Part shown: positions 29,520 through 39,516 of the stretch, piece by piece
Layout of the letters: the number at the start of each line of letters is the position of its first letter
How positions within the stretch are numbered: position 1 is the stretch's first letter
NCBI GenBank assembly: GCA_964202905.1
Contig: CAXNJO010000005.1
Coordinates: forward strand, 96,001-160,000
Direction of reading: 5' to 3'
Length of the DNA stretch: 64,000 nucleotides
Source of the DNA: Polyangiales bacterium
Lineage (GTDB): Bacteria > Myxococcota_A > Polyangia > Polyangiales > JADJQN01
Made by a program: the position numbers and the translations under genes
Notes under the pieces: generated by a model
What the model was told of the DNA's origin: nothing
Seen by the model: only the letters and a program-made list of their open reading frames with translations
Databases searched by the model: none

Positions 29520-31736
29520 GTGCTGCCCGACGTCGTCCAGCAGAAGCTCGACGCGCTCCCCGCGCAGCCGGGCGTCTACGTGTTCCGCGATCGGCGCGGC
29601 GCGGTGCTCTACGTGGGCAAGGCGAGCTCGCTGCGCGCGCGTGTGCGCAGCTATTTCGCCGCCTCGACCGGCGACACGCGCTTCTTCATCGCGACGCTCG
29701 CCGCGGAGCTCGGCGACCTCGAGACCTGGGTCACGCGCACCGAGAAGGAGGCCGCGCTCCTCGAGAACAACCTCATCAAGGAGCACCAGCCCCGCTACAA
29801 CGTGAAGCTGCGCGACGACAAGGAGTACATGTCGCTGCGCCTCGACCCGAAGGCCGCGTGGCCGCGGCTCGAGGTCGTTCGCCGGCCGCGTCACGACGGC
29901 GCGCTCTACTTCGGGCCCTATCACTCGGCGACGGCGGCGCGCGCGACGCTGCGGCTCGTGAACCGGCACTTCCAGCTCCGCACCTGCACCGACACGGAGC
30001 TCGCGGCGCGCGTGCGGCCCTGCCTGCAATACCAGATCAAGCGCTGCCCCGGCCCGTGCGTGATGCCCGTCGATCGCGTGCGCTACGGCGAGCAGTCCGG
30101 CGCCGTCGCCATGTTTCTGGATGGTCGTCACGACGAGCTCGTGGAGGAGCTCGCGGCGCGGATGGCGGAGTCCGCCGCGAAGCTGGAATACGAGCAGGCG
30201 GCCGTCTACCGCGACCAGATCCGCGCGGTCGAGCAGGTGCGCGAAGAGCAGCGCGTCGAGAGCGCGCGCGACGTCGATCAGGACGTGCTCGGCCTCTACC
30301 GCGAGGGCGCGCAGATCGAGGTCGCGCTGCTGCTCGTGCGCGGCGGGCGGCTCGTCGGCGTGCGGACGTGGGAGCTCTCCCTGCCGCTGCCGGACGAGGA
30401 GGTCGTCGCCTCGTTCGTCGCCGAGTACTACGGGCGCGGCGCGCGCGTGCCCGACGAGGTGCTGCTGCCGCTCCCGATCGAGGCGATGGAGGGGCTCGCG
30501 AGCGCGCTCGGCGAGCGGCGCGAGGGGCGCGCGCCGCGCGTGCACCACCCGCAGCGCGGACCGCTCGCGCGGCTGCTCGCGATGGCGAACGAGAACGCGC
30601 AGCACGCGTTCCGCGAGAAGGCCCGCGCGCAGAAGGACGTCGAAGAGCGGCTCGCGGAGGTGCAGCGGCGCCTGCGCCTGCCCGCGCTGCCGCGCCGCAT
30701 CGAGTGCATCGACATCTCGCACACGGGCGGCACGGACACCGTGGCGGCGATCGTGGCGATGCGCGACGGGGCGCTCGATCGGCGCGCGTACAAGAGTTTT
30801 CACGTGCGGCGCGTCGCGGGCGGCGACGACTACGGCGCGATGTACGAGGCGCTCACGCGGCGTTTCCGGCGTGCGCGCGACGGCGAGGGCGGCTGGGAGC
30901 TGCCCGATCTGCTGGTCGTCGACGGCGGACGCGGCCAGCTCGGCGTCGCGCTCGCGGCGCTGCGCGATCTCGGCGTGACGACGCTGCCCGCCGTCGGGCT
31001 CGCGAAGGAGAAGGAGAACGTGCGCGGCGAGCGGCTCGTCGACCGCGTGTACCTCCCCGGCCAGAAGAACCCCGTCCCGCTCCGCGAGGGCAGCAGCGCG
31101 CTCTTCTATCTCGCGCAGCTCCGCGACGAGGCGCACCGGGCGTCGAACGCGCTCCGCCTGAAGCTCGGCAAGCGGCGTCGCCTGCGCAGCGGGCTCGCGG
31201 ACGTGCGCGGTGTCGGGACGCGCACCTCCACGGCGCTGCTGAAGACGCTCGGCTCGCTGCGCGCGGTGCTCGCGGCCGACGAGGCGGCGCTCGTCGCCGC
31301 GGGCGCGACGCTGCGACAGGCGCGCGCGATCGCGGCCCACTTCGCGGCACCCGACGCAGCCAGCCCGGCAGCGCAGGGCAGCGGGGACGCGCATGTCGAC
31401 GCGATCGACGAGGCGCGCGACGGGGCCGCCGACGAGACGCTCGACGACGACGCGCCCGACGACGGGCTCGAAGATGACGGGCTCGACGATGACGGGCTCG
31501 AAGATGACGGGCTCGACGATGACGGGCTCGAAGACGCGTCCGACGACGCGCTCCCCGATGGCGACGACGCCTCCCGCGGCACGCGCGCGGGCGGCGGCGC
31601 AGATCCGGCGGCGCGGAGCCCGACGATGCGGGGCCCGGCGGCGCGGGGCCCGGCGATGCGGGACGAGGGCTCGAGCGTCGACGCCGAGGAGGCCGCCGTC
31701 GAGAGCGCCTTCGCCGGGGCCGCGCAGGACGCCTGA
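29520..31736 (+). CDS. uvrC: Excinuclease ABC subunit C with acidic C-terminal extension
   Basis: LPAQPGVY, YVGKASSLRARV, PRYNVKLRDDK, RIECIDISH, PDLLVVDGGRGQL, LRDEAHR, HhH motif. Confidence 0.95.
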   Translation: MLPDVVQQKLDALPAQPGVYVFRDRRGAVLYVGKASSLRARVRSYFAASTGDTRFFIATLAAELGDLETWVTRTEKEAALLENNLIKEHQPRYNVKLRDDKEYMSLRLDPKAAWPRLEVVRRPRHDGALYFGPYHSATAARATLRLVNRHFQLRTCTDTELAARVRPCLQYQIKRCPGPCVMPVDRVRYGEQSGAVAMFLDGRHDELVEELAARMAESAAKLEYEQAAVYRDQIRAVEQVREEQRVESARDVDQDVLGLYREGAQIEVALLLVRGGRLVGVRTWELSLPLPDEEVVASFVAEYYGRGARVPDEVLLPLPIEAMEGLASALGERREGRAPRVHHPQRGPLARLLAMANENAQHAFREKARAQKDVEERLAEVQRRLRLPALPRRIECIDISHTGGTDTVAAIVAMRDGALDRRAYKSFHVRRVAGGDDYGAMYEALTRRFRRARDGEGGWELPDLLVVDGGRGQLGVALAALRDLGVTTLPAVGLAKEKENVRGERLVDRVYLPGQKNPVPLREGSSALFYLAQLRDEAHRASNALRLKLGKRRRLRSGLADVRGVGTRTSTALLKTLGSLRAVLAADEAALVAAGATLRQARAIAAHFAAPDAASPAAQGSGDAHVDAIDEARDGAADETLDDDAPDDGLEDDGLDDDGLEDDGLDDDGLEDASDDALPDGDDASRGTRAGGGADPAARSPTMRGPAARGPAMRDEGSSVDAEEAAVESAFAGAAQDA
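31459..31533 (+). repeat. 15-bp tandem repeat (DDGL[E/D]) x5 in the uvrC tail
   Basis: ga(c/t)gacgggctcga(a/c) repeated five times. Confidence 0.85.
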
Positions 31737-31744
31737 CCGCTGAC

Positions 31745-33180
31745 TCAGTCGTCGGCGAGCGGCGCGGTGGGGAGCCGGAGCTCGAAGCGCGCGCCGCTCA
31801 CAGAACCATCCTTGGTGATGGTGTTGCTGGCGCGGAGCGTCCCACCGAGACGCTCGACGATCGTGTGGCAGACGGCGAGGCCGAGGCCCGTGCCCGCGCC
31901 GGCGGGCTTGGTCGTGACGAAGGGCTCGAAGAGCGTGTCGAGGACCGCGGGGGCGATGCCGGGCCCGGTGTCCTCGACGACGAGCGACGCGCCATCGCCA
32001 GTGGACGCGACGGTGACGGTGATGGTGCCCTCCCCCGCGACCGCATCCGCGGCGTTGAGCAGGAGGTTCAGCGCGACCTGCGTCAGGTGGTCGGCGGCGC
32101 CACGCACGCGCGGCGCGTCGGCGTCGAGGCGCTGCTGGATCTCGACGCGGTGCAGGTCCTTCTGCGGCGCGACGAGGCGCACGGCGTCGCCGACGACCTC
32201 GCGCAGATCGCACGTGGCGCGCCCGGCGTCCGCGTCCTGCGACTGCCGCGAAAAATCGAGCAGATCCCGGATGATGCGGTGGATCCGCTGCGTCTCCGCG
32301 CCGACCCGCGCGAGGAACTCCTGCGCTTCGGCGGGCTCGAGGCCGCCGCCGCGGAGCAGCTCGACGAAGCCGAGGATCGCGGCGAGCGGATTGCCGATCT
32401 CGTGCGCGACGCCGGCCGCGAGCCGACCGACCGAGGCGAGCTTCTCGCTGCGCACCAGCCCCTCCTGCGCGGCGCGGAGTTCGCGGGTCGCGCGCTCGAG
32501 CTCGACGAGGCGCGCCTCGAGCGCCGCGCGCTCGTCGCGGAGCTGCGCGGCCATGTCGTTGAACGCGACCGCGAGACGCACGACCTCGCTCGCGCCCTCC
32601 TCGCTCACCGCCACGTGCGCGCCGCCGCTCGCGAGCCGCTCGGACGCGCGTGTCAGGCGGTCGATGGGGCGCACGACGACGTGGCCGAGCGCGACGTACG
32701 TGAAGATCAGCGCGAACCCGCCGATCGTGAGCGCGTAGAGCACGGCGGCGACGCCGAGATTCGTGACGCCCCGCGCGGACCGGCGCACCGCGAGCCGCAC
32801 CGCGCCGCCCCCTCGACGGGCACCTCGACGCGCGTCCCGACGTCGAGCGCGCCGTAGCGGCGCCGGGCCCCACGCGCATCGACGAGCTCGACGCCCGCGA
32901 CCGCACCGTCACGCACGAGCGTCTCGGCCTCGCGCCCCGCGAGCCGCGCGTCCCCGCGCACGGCGACGGCCATCGCGCGCGCCGCCGCGCCCGCGTCGCG
33001 CAGCCGGTCCTGCCCGCGCGCGCGCTCCGCGAGTCGCACCACCGCGTAGGCCATGAGCGCCGACGAGAGCAGGAACGCGAGCAGCAGCGAGCCACCCACG
33101 AACGTGCGCAGCCCGAAGCGGAAGCCCGGCGGCGTCGACCGCGGCGCGCGCGCGGGCTCAGGGGAGGAGACGCGCGCCAT
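31745..33180 (-). CDS. Membrane HAMP-domain sensor histidine kinase (frameshift near 32810)
   Basis: TM1 in ORF 32707..33180; ORF 31745..32800 has HAMP, AGVAHEIGNPL, NLLLNA, GTGLGL. Confidence 0.85.
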
Positions 33181-36100
33181 CGCCGTACGCGTTGAGAGCG
33201 GCGTCGGCGCCTCCCCAGACGATCATCTCGGTGCCCGTCCACACCGCCGTGTGCGCGACGCGCGCGCCCGGCGCGCCGGCGGCCGCGAGCGTCGTCCACG
33301 CTCCTGTGCCCGTGCCCGCGGGGTCGTACGCCGCGCCGTCGCCGACAACGCCCGACGCGCCGAGCCCGCCCCACACGAGCATCCGCGAGCCGCTCCACAC
33401 CGCGGTGTGCCGCGCACGTGCCGCGATGGGCGCGGCCGGCGTGGCCGACCAGCTGTCGGCGGCCGGATCGTAGCGGCCGCCGTCCGCGCGCGGGGTCCCG
33501 GCGATGCCGTCCGGGTCGCCGGAGTCGCCGCCCCAGAACACCACCTGCGAGCCCGTCGAGACCGCGGTGTGCCGGGCGCGCGGCGCAGGGTCGCTGCTCG
33601 TCGAGACGCTCGACCACGCGCTGGTACCCGTGTCGTAGCGCCGGCCGTCGCCGAGGGCCGTGCCGTCCCCGCGCTCGCCGCCCCACACGACCCAGCGCGA
33701 GCCGACCAGCGCGCCCGCATGCCAGCGCCGATCGCTCGGCGCGTTCAGGAACGCGAGGAACGACCAGCTGTTGGACGAGGGGTCGTAGCTGGCCCCGTCG
33801 CCGGTGTCCCCGCCGCTCAACACGGTGCCCACCCAGCCGCCCCAGACGACCATCCGCGAGCCCGTCCACACGGCCGCGTGCCGCGAACGCGCGCTCGGCG
33901 AGAGCAGCGTGGCCGTGGTCGTCCACGTGTTGGTCGCGGGGTTGTAGCGCGCGCCGCTGTCGAGCCAGCCAGAGCCGTTGAAGCCTCCCCATACGATCAT
34001 CTCGCGCCCGTTCCAGACCGCCGTGTGCCCGCGGCGACCGGTCGGCGCGCCCGCGATCGGGAGGGCCGTCCACACGCCGGTCGCCGGGTCGAAGCGCGCG
34101 CCGTCGTTGAGGTACGCCGTCGACGTCTGCCCGCCCCAGACGATCATCTCCGTGCCGGTCCACACCGCCGTGTGCTCGAAGCGCGCGGTCGGTGCGTCCG
34201 TACCCGTGACGGGCGTCCAGCCGCGGCACGTCCCCGCGACGCACGTGCGACCCGCCGCGCAGGCGTTGCCGCAAGCGCCGCAGTGGGCTGTCGAGGTCGC
34301 GAGCGCGGCCTCGCAGCCATTGAACGGGTCGCCGTCGCAGCTGTCGAAGCCCGCCGCGCACACGTAGGCACAGGCCCCGCCCGCGCAGGACGCGCTGCTG
34401 TTGAGGCGCGTGCCGCACGCGCTCCCGCACGCCCCGCAGTGCGCGACCGAGGTGGTGGTGTTCGTCTCGCAGCCGTTGCCCGCGCTGCCGTCGCAGTCAC
34501 CGAGCGGCGCCATGCACGCGAGGGCGCAGGCGCCGCTGACGCACGCCGCCGCAGCCCCCGGCGCCGCGCTGCACACGACGTCGCAGCCGCCGCAGTCCGA
34601 GGGCGCGGTCGCGGTGTTCGTCTCGCAGCCGTTGGCCGCGTCGCCATCGCAATCGGCGAAGGGCGGGGTGCACGCGAAGCCGCACGACCCCGCGACGCAC
34701 GTCGGCGCCGCGTTCGCGCGCGCGGGGCACACGACGCCGCAGCCACCGCAGTGCAGCGCGTCCGACTGCGTGTTCCGCTCGCAGCCGTTGATCGCCGACG
34801 CGTCGCAGTCCGCGAAGGGCGCGGTGCACGAGAAGCCGCACGACCCCGCGAGGCACGTCGGCGACGCGTTCGCGCGCGCGGGGCACATGACGCCGCAGCC
34901 ACCGCAGTGCAGCGCGTCCGACTGCGTGTTCCGCTCGCAGCCGTTGATCGCCGACGCGTCGCAGTCCGCGAAGGGCGCGGTGCACGAGAAGCCACACGAC
35001 CCCGCGAGGCACGTCGGCGCCGCGTTCGTGCGCGCGGGGCACACGACGCCGCAGCCACCGCAGTGCAGCGTGTCCGACTGCGTGTTCCGCTCGCAGCCGT
35101 TCGACGCGACTCCGTCGCAATCGCGCAGGTCCGCGGTGCAGGCGTACGAGCACGCGCCCGAGACGCAGCCCGCGGTCGCGCCGGGCAGGCTCGCGCACGG
35201 CGCGCACGAGCCGCAGTGCAGCGGGTCCGCGGCGGGGCTCACTTCGCAGCCGTTCGCGGGGTTCGCGTCGCAGTCGAGCAGGCCGCCGCTGCAAGCGCGG
35301 GTACACGCGCCGGCGACGCACGTGGCCGTGGTGCCGGGCGTCCCGACGCAGCCGACGCCGCACGCGCCGCAGCTCGCGAGATCGATGGCGAGGTCCGCCT
35401 CGCAGCCGTTGGCGGGATCGCCGTCGCAATCGCCGCGGCCCGCGTCGCACGCGAGTCCGCAGCGCCCACCCGCGCCGCACGTCGCCGTCGCGCTGGGCGC
35501 GCCGGGGCACTCGGTGCCGCAGGCGCCGCAGGTCGCGGGGGCGCCGAGATCGGCCTCGCAGCCGTTGCTCGGATCGCGGTCGCAGTCGTCGGTCCCCGGG
35601 GCGCACACGTAGACGCAGGCGCCGGCGACGCACGAGGCGCTCGCGCCGGCGCGCGCGGCGCACGGCGCGCACGACCCGCAGCGAAGGGGATCGGCGGTCG
35701 TGTTCGACTCGCAGCCGTTCGCCGGATCGCCATCGCAGTCCGAGAGGCCCCCACCGCAGTCGTACGTGCACGCCCCGGCCGTGCAGCGCACCGTCGTGCC
35801 GAAGCGCGTCGGGCACGCGCGCCCGCACCCGCCGCACGTCGTGGGATCGCCGAGCGCGTCGGCTTCGCAGCCGCTCGCGGGGTCGCCGTCGCAATCGAGG
35901 AAGCCCGTGTCGCAGGCGAAGCCGCAGGTGCCCTCCGCGCAGGTCGGCGTGGCGTTCACGACCGCGGCGCAGGGCGCGCACGAGCCGCAGTGCGCGGGGT
36001 CCGTGAGCGGATCGACGCACGCCGCGCCGCATTGCAGCGCGCGGCCGTCGCAGCCCGCGTCGTCGGGGGGCGACGCGTCGTCGGCGTCGGGTGCGGCGTC

Positions 36101-36259
36101 CGCAGGCACGCGCGCGTCGCCGGCGTCTCCGCCCGCGTCGGAGCGCGCGCCCTCGCTACCGAAGCCGGCGCGGTCGACGCTGCACGCCGCGCACGCGAGC
36201 GCGACGCAGAGCACCCACGCAGCGACGACGGTCGGAGCCACACCGGAGCGGGAAGTCAT
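33158..36259 (-). CDS. Lipoprotein with ~52-aa Cys-rich repeats and a C-terminal Kelch propeller
   Basis: ACAAC-SVDRAG lipobox; DCDGxxxNGCE..HCGxC repeats; six HTAVWTGxEMIVWGG-type Kelch blades. Confidence 0.85.
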   Translation of the reverse strand: MTSRSGVAPTVVAAWVLCVALACAACSVDRAGFGSEGARSDAGGDAGDARVPADAAPDADDASPPDDAGCDGRALQCGAACVDPLTDPAHCGSCAPCAAVVNATPTCAEGTCGFACDTGFLDCDGDPASGCEADALGDPTTCGGCGRACPTRFGTTVRCTAGACTYDCGGGLSDCDGDPANGCESNTTADPLRCGSCAPCAARAGASASCVAGACVYVCAPGTDDCDRDPSNGCEADLGAPATCGACGTECPGAPSATATCGAGGRCGLACDAGRGDCDGDPANGCEADLAIDLASCGACGVGCVGTPGTTATCVAGACTRACSGGLLDCDANPANGCEVSPAADPLHCGSCAPCASLPGATAGCVSGACSYACTADLRDCDGVASNGCERNTQSDTLHCGGCGVVCPARTNAAPTCLAGSCGFSCTAPFADCDASAINGCERNTQSDALHCGGCGVMCPARANASPTCLAGSCGFSCTAPFADCDASAINGCERNTQSDALHCGGCGVVCPARANAAPTCVAGSCGFACTPPFADCDGDAANGCETNTATAPSDCGGCDVVCSAAPGAAAACVSGACALACMAPLGDCDGSAGNGCETNTTTSVAHCGACGSACGTRLNSSASCAGGACAYVCAAGFDSCDGDPFNGCEAALATSTAHCGACGNACAAGRTCVAGTCRGWTPVTGTDAPTARFEHTAVWTGTEMIVWGGQTSTAYLNDGARFDPATGVWTALPIAGAPTGRRGHTAVWNGREMIVWGGFNGSGWLDSGARYNPATNTWTTTATLLSPSARSRHAAVWTGSRMVVWGGWVGTVLSGGDTGDGASYDPSSNSWSFLAFLNAPSDRRWHAGALVGSRWVVWGGERGDGTALGDGRRYDTGTSAWSSVSTSSDPAPRARHTAVSTGSQVVFWGGDSGDPDGIAGTPRADGGRYDPAADSWSATPAAPIAARARHTAVWSGSRMLVWGGLGASGVVGDGAAYDPAGTGTGAWTTLAAAGAPGARVAHTAVWTGTEMIVWGGADAALNAYGDGARLLP
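34640..35110 (-). repeat. Three near-identical 156-bp units within the Cys-rich stalk
   Basis: cgcacgaccccgcga at 34681 and 34837, with a near copy about 156 bp further. Confidence 0.8.
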
Positions 36260-36313
36260 GGCGCATCCTAACAAACGCGGGCGCGCGGGCCGAAGATCGC
36301 CGCGCGCCGCGGA

Positions 36314-36728
36314 TTACCCGGCGATCGCGCGGACCGTCGCGGCGTGATCGCGGGGCGCGGACCGCCGGGGGGAGCGGCGGCGGGAGCCCGACGAGGCTCT
36401 CGGCGAGCACGCCCCGCGTCACCGCGTCGAGCCCCTCGAAACGCAGCCCGAGACAACGCCCATGATCGCGGGGCCTGCGCCCCTCGACGATCCGCACGAC
36501 GCGCGCGCTCGCGTCGACGTAGAGCGCACTGCGCGGCGCGCGAAAACTGACGAGCAGCACGTCCCCCACGCGCACGTCCGCGTCGCTCTCGAGCAGCATC
36601 CCGGCGGGGCTCAGATCGAGCGCGCGGCGCCCCACGAGCTGGAACGCGGGCTCGCTCACGGCCTGACAAACGAGGCGGATCTCGCGGCGCAGCGCGCGCC
36701 GCTGCGGGCTCTTCATGACGGACGACAT
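36314..36728 (-). CDS. PilZ-domain protein (probable frameshift near 36360)
   Basis: QRRALR (RxxxR) and DLSPAG (DxSxxG) motifs; an alternative frame ends RDHAATVRAIAG*. Confidence 0.75.
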
Positions 36729-36832
36729 GGGCGCCTCCACGGGGCCGCGCGACACGCACGGCGCGGGCCCCGCCACCGTAGGCGGGCCGTGCGCGCGCGA
36801 CCAAGTAAGCGGCGATCCGGCGCGGCGCGCGG

Positions 36833-37960
36833 CTACCGCGAGAAGGGCATCGCGAGCTCGAGCGCCCCGCCGGGCGGCGCCGGCAGCTCCCAGACGCGCA
36901 CCTGGTTCACGAGGCAAGCGCCGAGCGCGTCGTCGCCGGTGGTGTTGCGCGTCGCGCGCGCGTCCTCGATCGGGCCGGTCGCCGAGATCGTGAAGGCGAC
37001 GACGACGGTGCCGCGGATGCCCTCGTTGTTGCGCGAGGCGTGGTCGAAGCACGACTGCGCGCGCGTCGCGTAGTAGGTGCGGATGTAGCGGCGGACACGC
37101 GTCGCGTAGAGGTCGAGCAGGAGGTCGCGCTCCTCCTCGGCCGCCGCGCCCGGGTCCGCGGCCGTCGCATCGCCGCCCGCGGCCTCGGCGCCCGCAGTCT
37201 CCGCCGCGCCCCCGCCCGCCGTGTCGGGGGCCCCCGCGCCCGCTGCGCCGCTGCCTCCAGCAGCGCCGCACCGACGCGCTGGACGCGCCGCCGACTGCCG
37301 CCAGCGCCGCGGCCGCGCGCGCCGCTGCCTCCAGCGCCGCGCGGCGCCGCCGCTGCCTCCAGCGCCGCCCGCTGCGCCGCTGCCCGCAGCAGCGCCCCCC
37401 GACGCACGACCGCCCCCTGCGCCGCCGCCCGCCAGGGTGCCGGGACGCGCCCGCTCTCCTGCACGAACGGCGCCGGTGCGCTCCACGCGCGCGGGGCCGG
37501 GCGGCGCGACGCCCTCGGGCACCGGCGCGACGTCGTCGACGGCCGTCGGCGTCCCGATCTCCATCGGCGCCGCGATCACGTCGGGCGGCACCTCCGGGGC
37601 GGGCGCACCGCCACGCGACGCGAGCCAGCCGCCGAGCGCGCCGAGCGCGAGCAGCAGCGCCGCGGCCCCCCCGATGACCGCCCACGTGCGGCGCGACGAC
37701 TGCACGCCGATGGACGCGAGCGACACGCTCGACGCGCCGGGATCATCGGCGCCCGGTGCGTAGCCGAAGGGTCCCGCGGCGGGCCCCTGCGCCCCCTGCG
37801 CGCCGCCATCCGCGGCCCCGGACGTCGAACCAGCGGCCGGGCCGCGTGTGCCGGGGCCGCGGATCGTCGTGTTCGCAGACGGCGCCGCGAGGGCGGCGCC
37901 ACACCGGTTGCAGAAGCGGGCGTCCGCGGCGTTCTTCGCGCCGCACGAAGGGCAGAACAT
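36833..37960 (-). CDS. Zinc-ribbon, TM, Gly/Ala linker, AgmX/PglI (TonB-C-like) domain protein
   Basis: MFCPSCG..FCNRCG; TM; AQSCFD..GTVVVAFTISATG..CLVNQVRVWELP. Confidence 0.75.
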   Translation of the reverse strand: MFCPSCGAKNAADARFCNRCGAALAAPSANTTIRGPGTRGPAAGSTSGAADGGAQGAQGPAAGPFGYAPGADDPGASSVSLASIGVQSSRRTWAVIGGAAALLLALGALGGWLASRGGAPAPEVPPDVIAAPMEIGTPTAVDDVAPVPEGVAPPGPARVERTGAVRAGERARPGTLAGGGAGGGRASGGAAAGSGAAGGAGGSGGAARRWRQRRARPRRWRQSAARPARRCGAAGGSGAAGAGAPDTAGGGAAETAGAEAAGGDATAADPGAAAEEERDLLLDLYATRVRRYIRTYYATRAQSCFDHASRNNEGIRGTVVVAFTISATGPIEDARATRNTTGDDALGACLVNQVRVWELPAPPGGALELAMPFSR

Positions 37961-37983
37961 GCGCGACGATAGCACCCGCGCCG

Positions 37984-38655
37984 TCAGTCCGGCCGGGCGC
38001 GTGGGCCCTCGCGACCCGCGAGGCCCGTCGTCACCGGCGCCGCGATCACGAGCGCCCCGAGCAGGCTCACCTCGTTGCCGACGGCGCGCGCGGCGCCGTC
38101 CGCGTCCGCGTGCACCCAGCGCACGCCGAGCCGCAGCGAGACGCGCGGTGCGCCGAGCACGAGCGGCACCTCGAGGCCGCCCCCCACGACGAGCGCCGCG
38201 CGCGGCCGCGCCTCGACCCCGAGCGCGGCGACGCCGACCTCGAGGCCGAGCGAGTCGATCAACACGTCGAGCCACGCGCTCCCGAGCGAGCGCGCGGTGA
38301 GGAAGCGCGCGAGGAAGAGCGGGCGAATCTCCACGCCGCCGCCGAACTGCCACGCGCGCGTTTCACCAGCAAAATCGTGTACTTGTACGTACGAGAACGG
38401 GCCCACGCTGTCGAGGAAGCGCGCGCGCAGTTCGAACGTCGCGGTGCCGCGCGTCCCCTGCCCCGCCCGCGCGTCGCCGAGGGCGGCCCCTCCCCCGAGC
38501 GCCGCGCCGAGCCACACATCGCCGTCGAAGCGACCGTAGAGCCCATCGCCTCCCCATGCGTCCGCCGCGGCCGGCGCGGGCGCGAGCGCGAGCACGACGA
38601 GCAGGGAGAGCGCGGCGCAGCCTCGCGTCACGGCCGCGAAGCTAGCACGCAGCAT
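37984..38655 (-). CDS. Hypothetical secreted/outer-membrane protein
   Basis: Signal peptide LALAPAPAAA-D, GDGLYGRFDGD, GVEIRPLFLARF, amphipathic beta strands. Confidence 0.6.
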   Translation of the reverse strand: MLRASFAAVTRGCAALSLLVVLALAPAPAAADAWGGDGLYGRFDGDVWLGAALGGGAALGDARAGQGTRGTATFELRARFLDSVGPFSYVQVHDFAGETRAWQFGGGVEIRPLFLARFLTARSLGSAWLDVLIDSLGLEVGVAALGVEARPRAALVVGGGLEVPLVLGAPRVSLRLGVRWVHADADGAARAVGNEVSLLGALVIAAPVTTGLAGREGPRARPD

Positions 38656-38675
38656 CGACGCCCCACGCCGCGTGG

Positions 38676-39456
38676 TCAGAGCACGAGCCAGGTGTAGCCC
38701 TGATCGAGCTCCACCGTCCGCGTCTCGCCCTCGGGCGTCTCGATGTCGAGCGCGGTCCCGCGCCCCGCGGCCTGTGAGAGCCGGCTCGCCGCGCGCGGGC
38801 CACCGAGCATCGCCACGCTCTCCGCGCCGATGCGCACGATGCGGTCGCCCACGGCGAGCCCCGCCCGGCCCGGCCGGGGAGTTCGCCTCGAGCGCGAGCA
38901 CCACGAGCGCGTCCGAGCGCTCCTCGACCTCGCGGATGCCGACGCCGCGGTGCGGGCGTGGCGCCTCGACGTGCAGGCGCAGCGTCGCGCCGGCCGCGTC
39001 GAGCGGCAGCACGGACTCTCCGCCGGGTTGCACGCTCGCCGGGAGGCCGCGCGTGCGCAGGATGCCGACGGGATCGGTCGCGACGCCGTCCGCCTCGAAC
39101 ACCTCGAAGCGCACCTCGGCACCCGGCGAGAGGTCGAGGTTCGCGGGCAACTCCGCGTTCCACACGGGGTTCGGCTCGTCGTCGAGCACGCGCGTCTCGA
39201 AGATCGCCGTGTCCCCCCGGAGCACGCGCACGTACACGTCGGGCCCGCTGTCCTCGTCCCAGGGCTGCCCGCTGCGCTGCTCGGGCGGAACCACCGCGCT
39301 CACGATGGTGACGCGCCACACGTTGGCCGGGGCGTCGGTGCTCGTCCCCTCCGCGGGCGAGGCCGGATTCAGCGAGATCACGCGGCGCGGGTAGGCGCAC
39401 GCGGCGAGAGCCCAGAGCGCAAGCCAGGGCAACAGAAAACGCGGGGAGCGGCTCAT
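38676..39456 (-). CDS. Lipoprotein with C2-like and PDZ domains (frameshift near 38870)
   Basis: LWALAAC lipobox; WDEDSGPDVYVRV..NPVWN..FEVFEAD (C2-like); GVGI..NSPA / AGLAVGDRIVRIG (PDZ). Confidence 0.7.
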
Positions 39457-39516
39457 GCCGGGACATGGTGGCAAAGCCTTGGGAGCCGCGCCAGATCCGC
39501 GGTACAACCGCAGGCC

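Noticed and set aside
28635..34430. 1931-aa giant ORF (likewise 37984..42453 and 50109..53342)
   Set aside because: Only the C-terminal parts are real genes; the upstream portions overlap uvrC, pyk, the kinase or the PpiC gene on the other strand.
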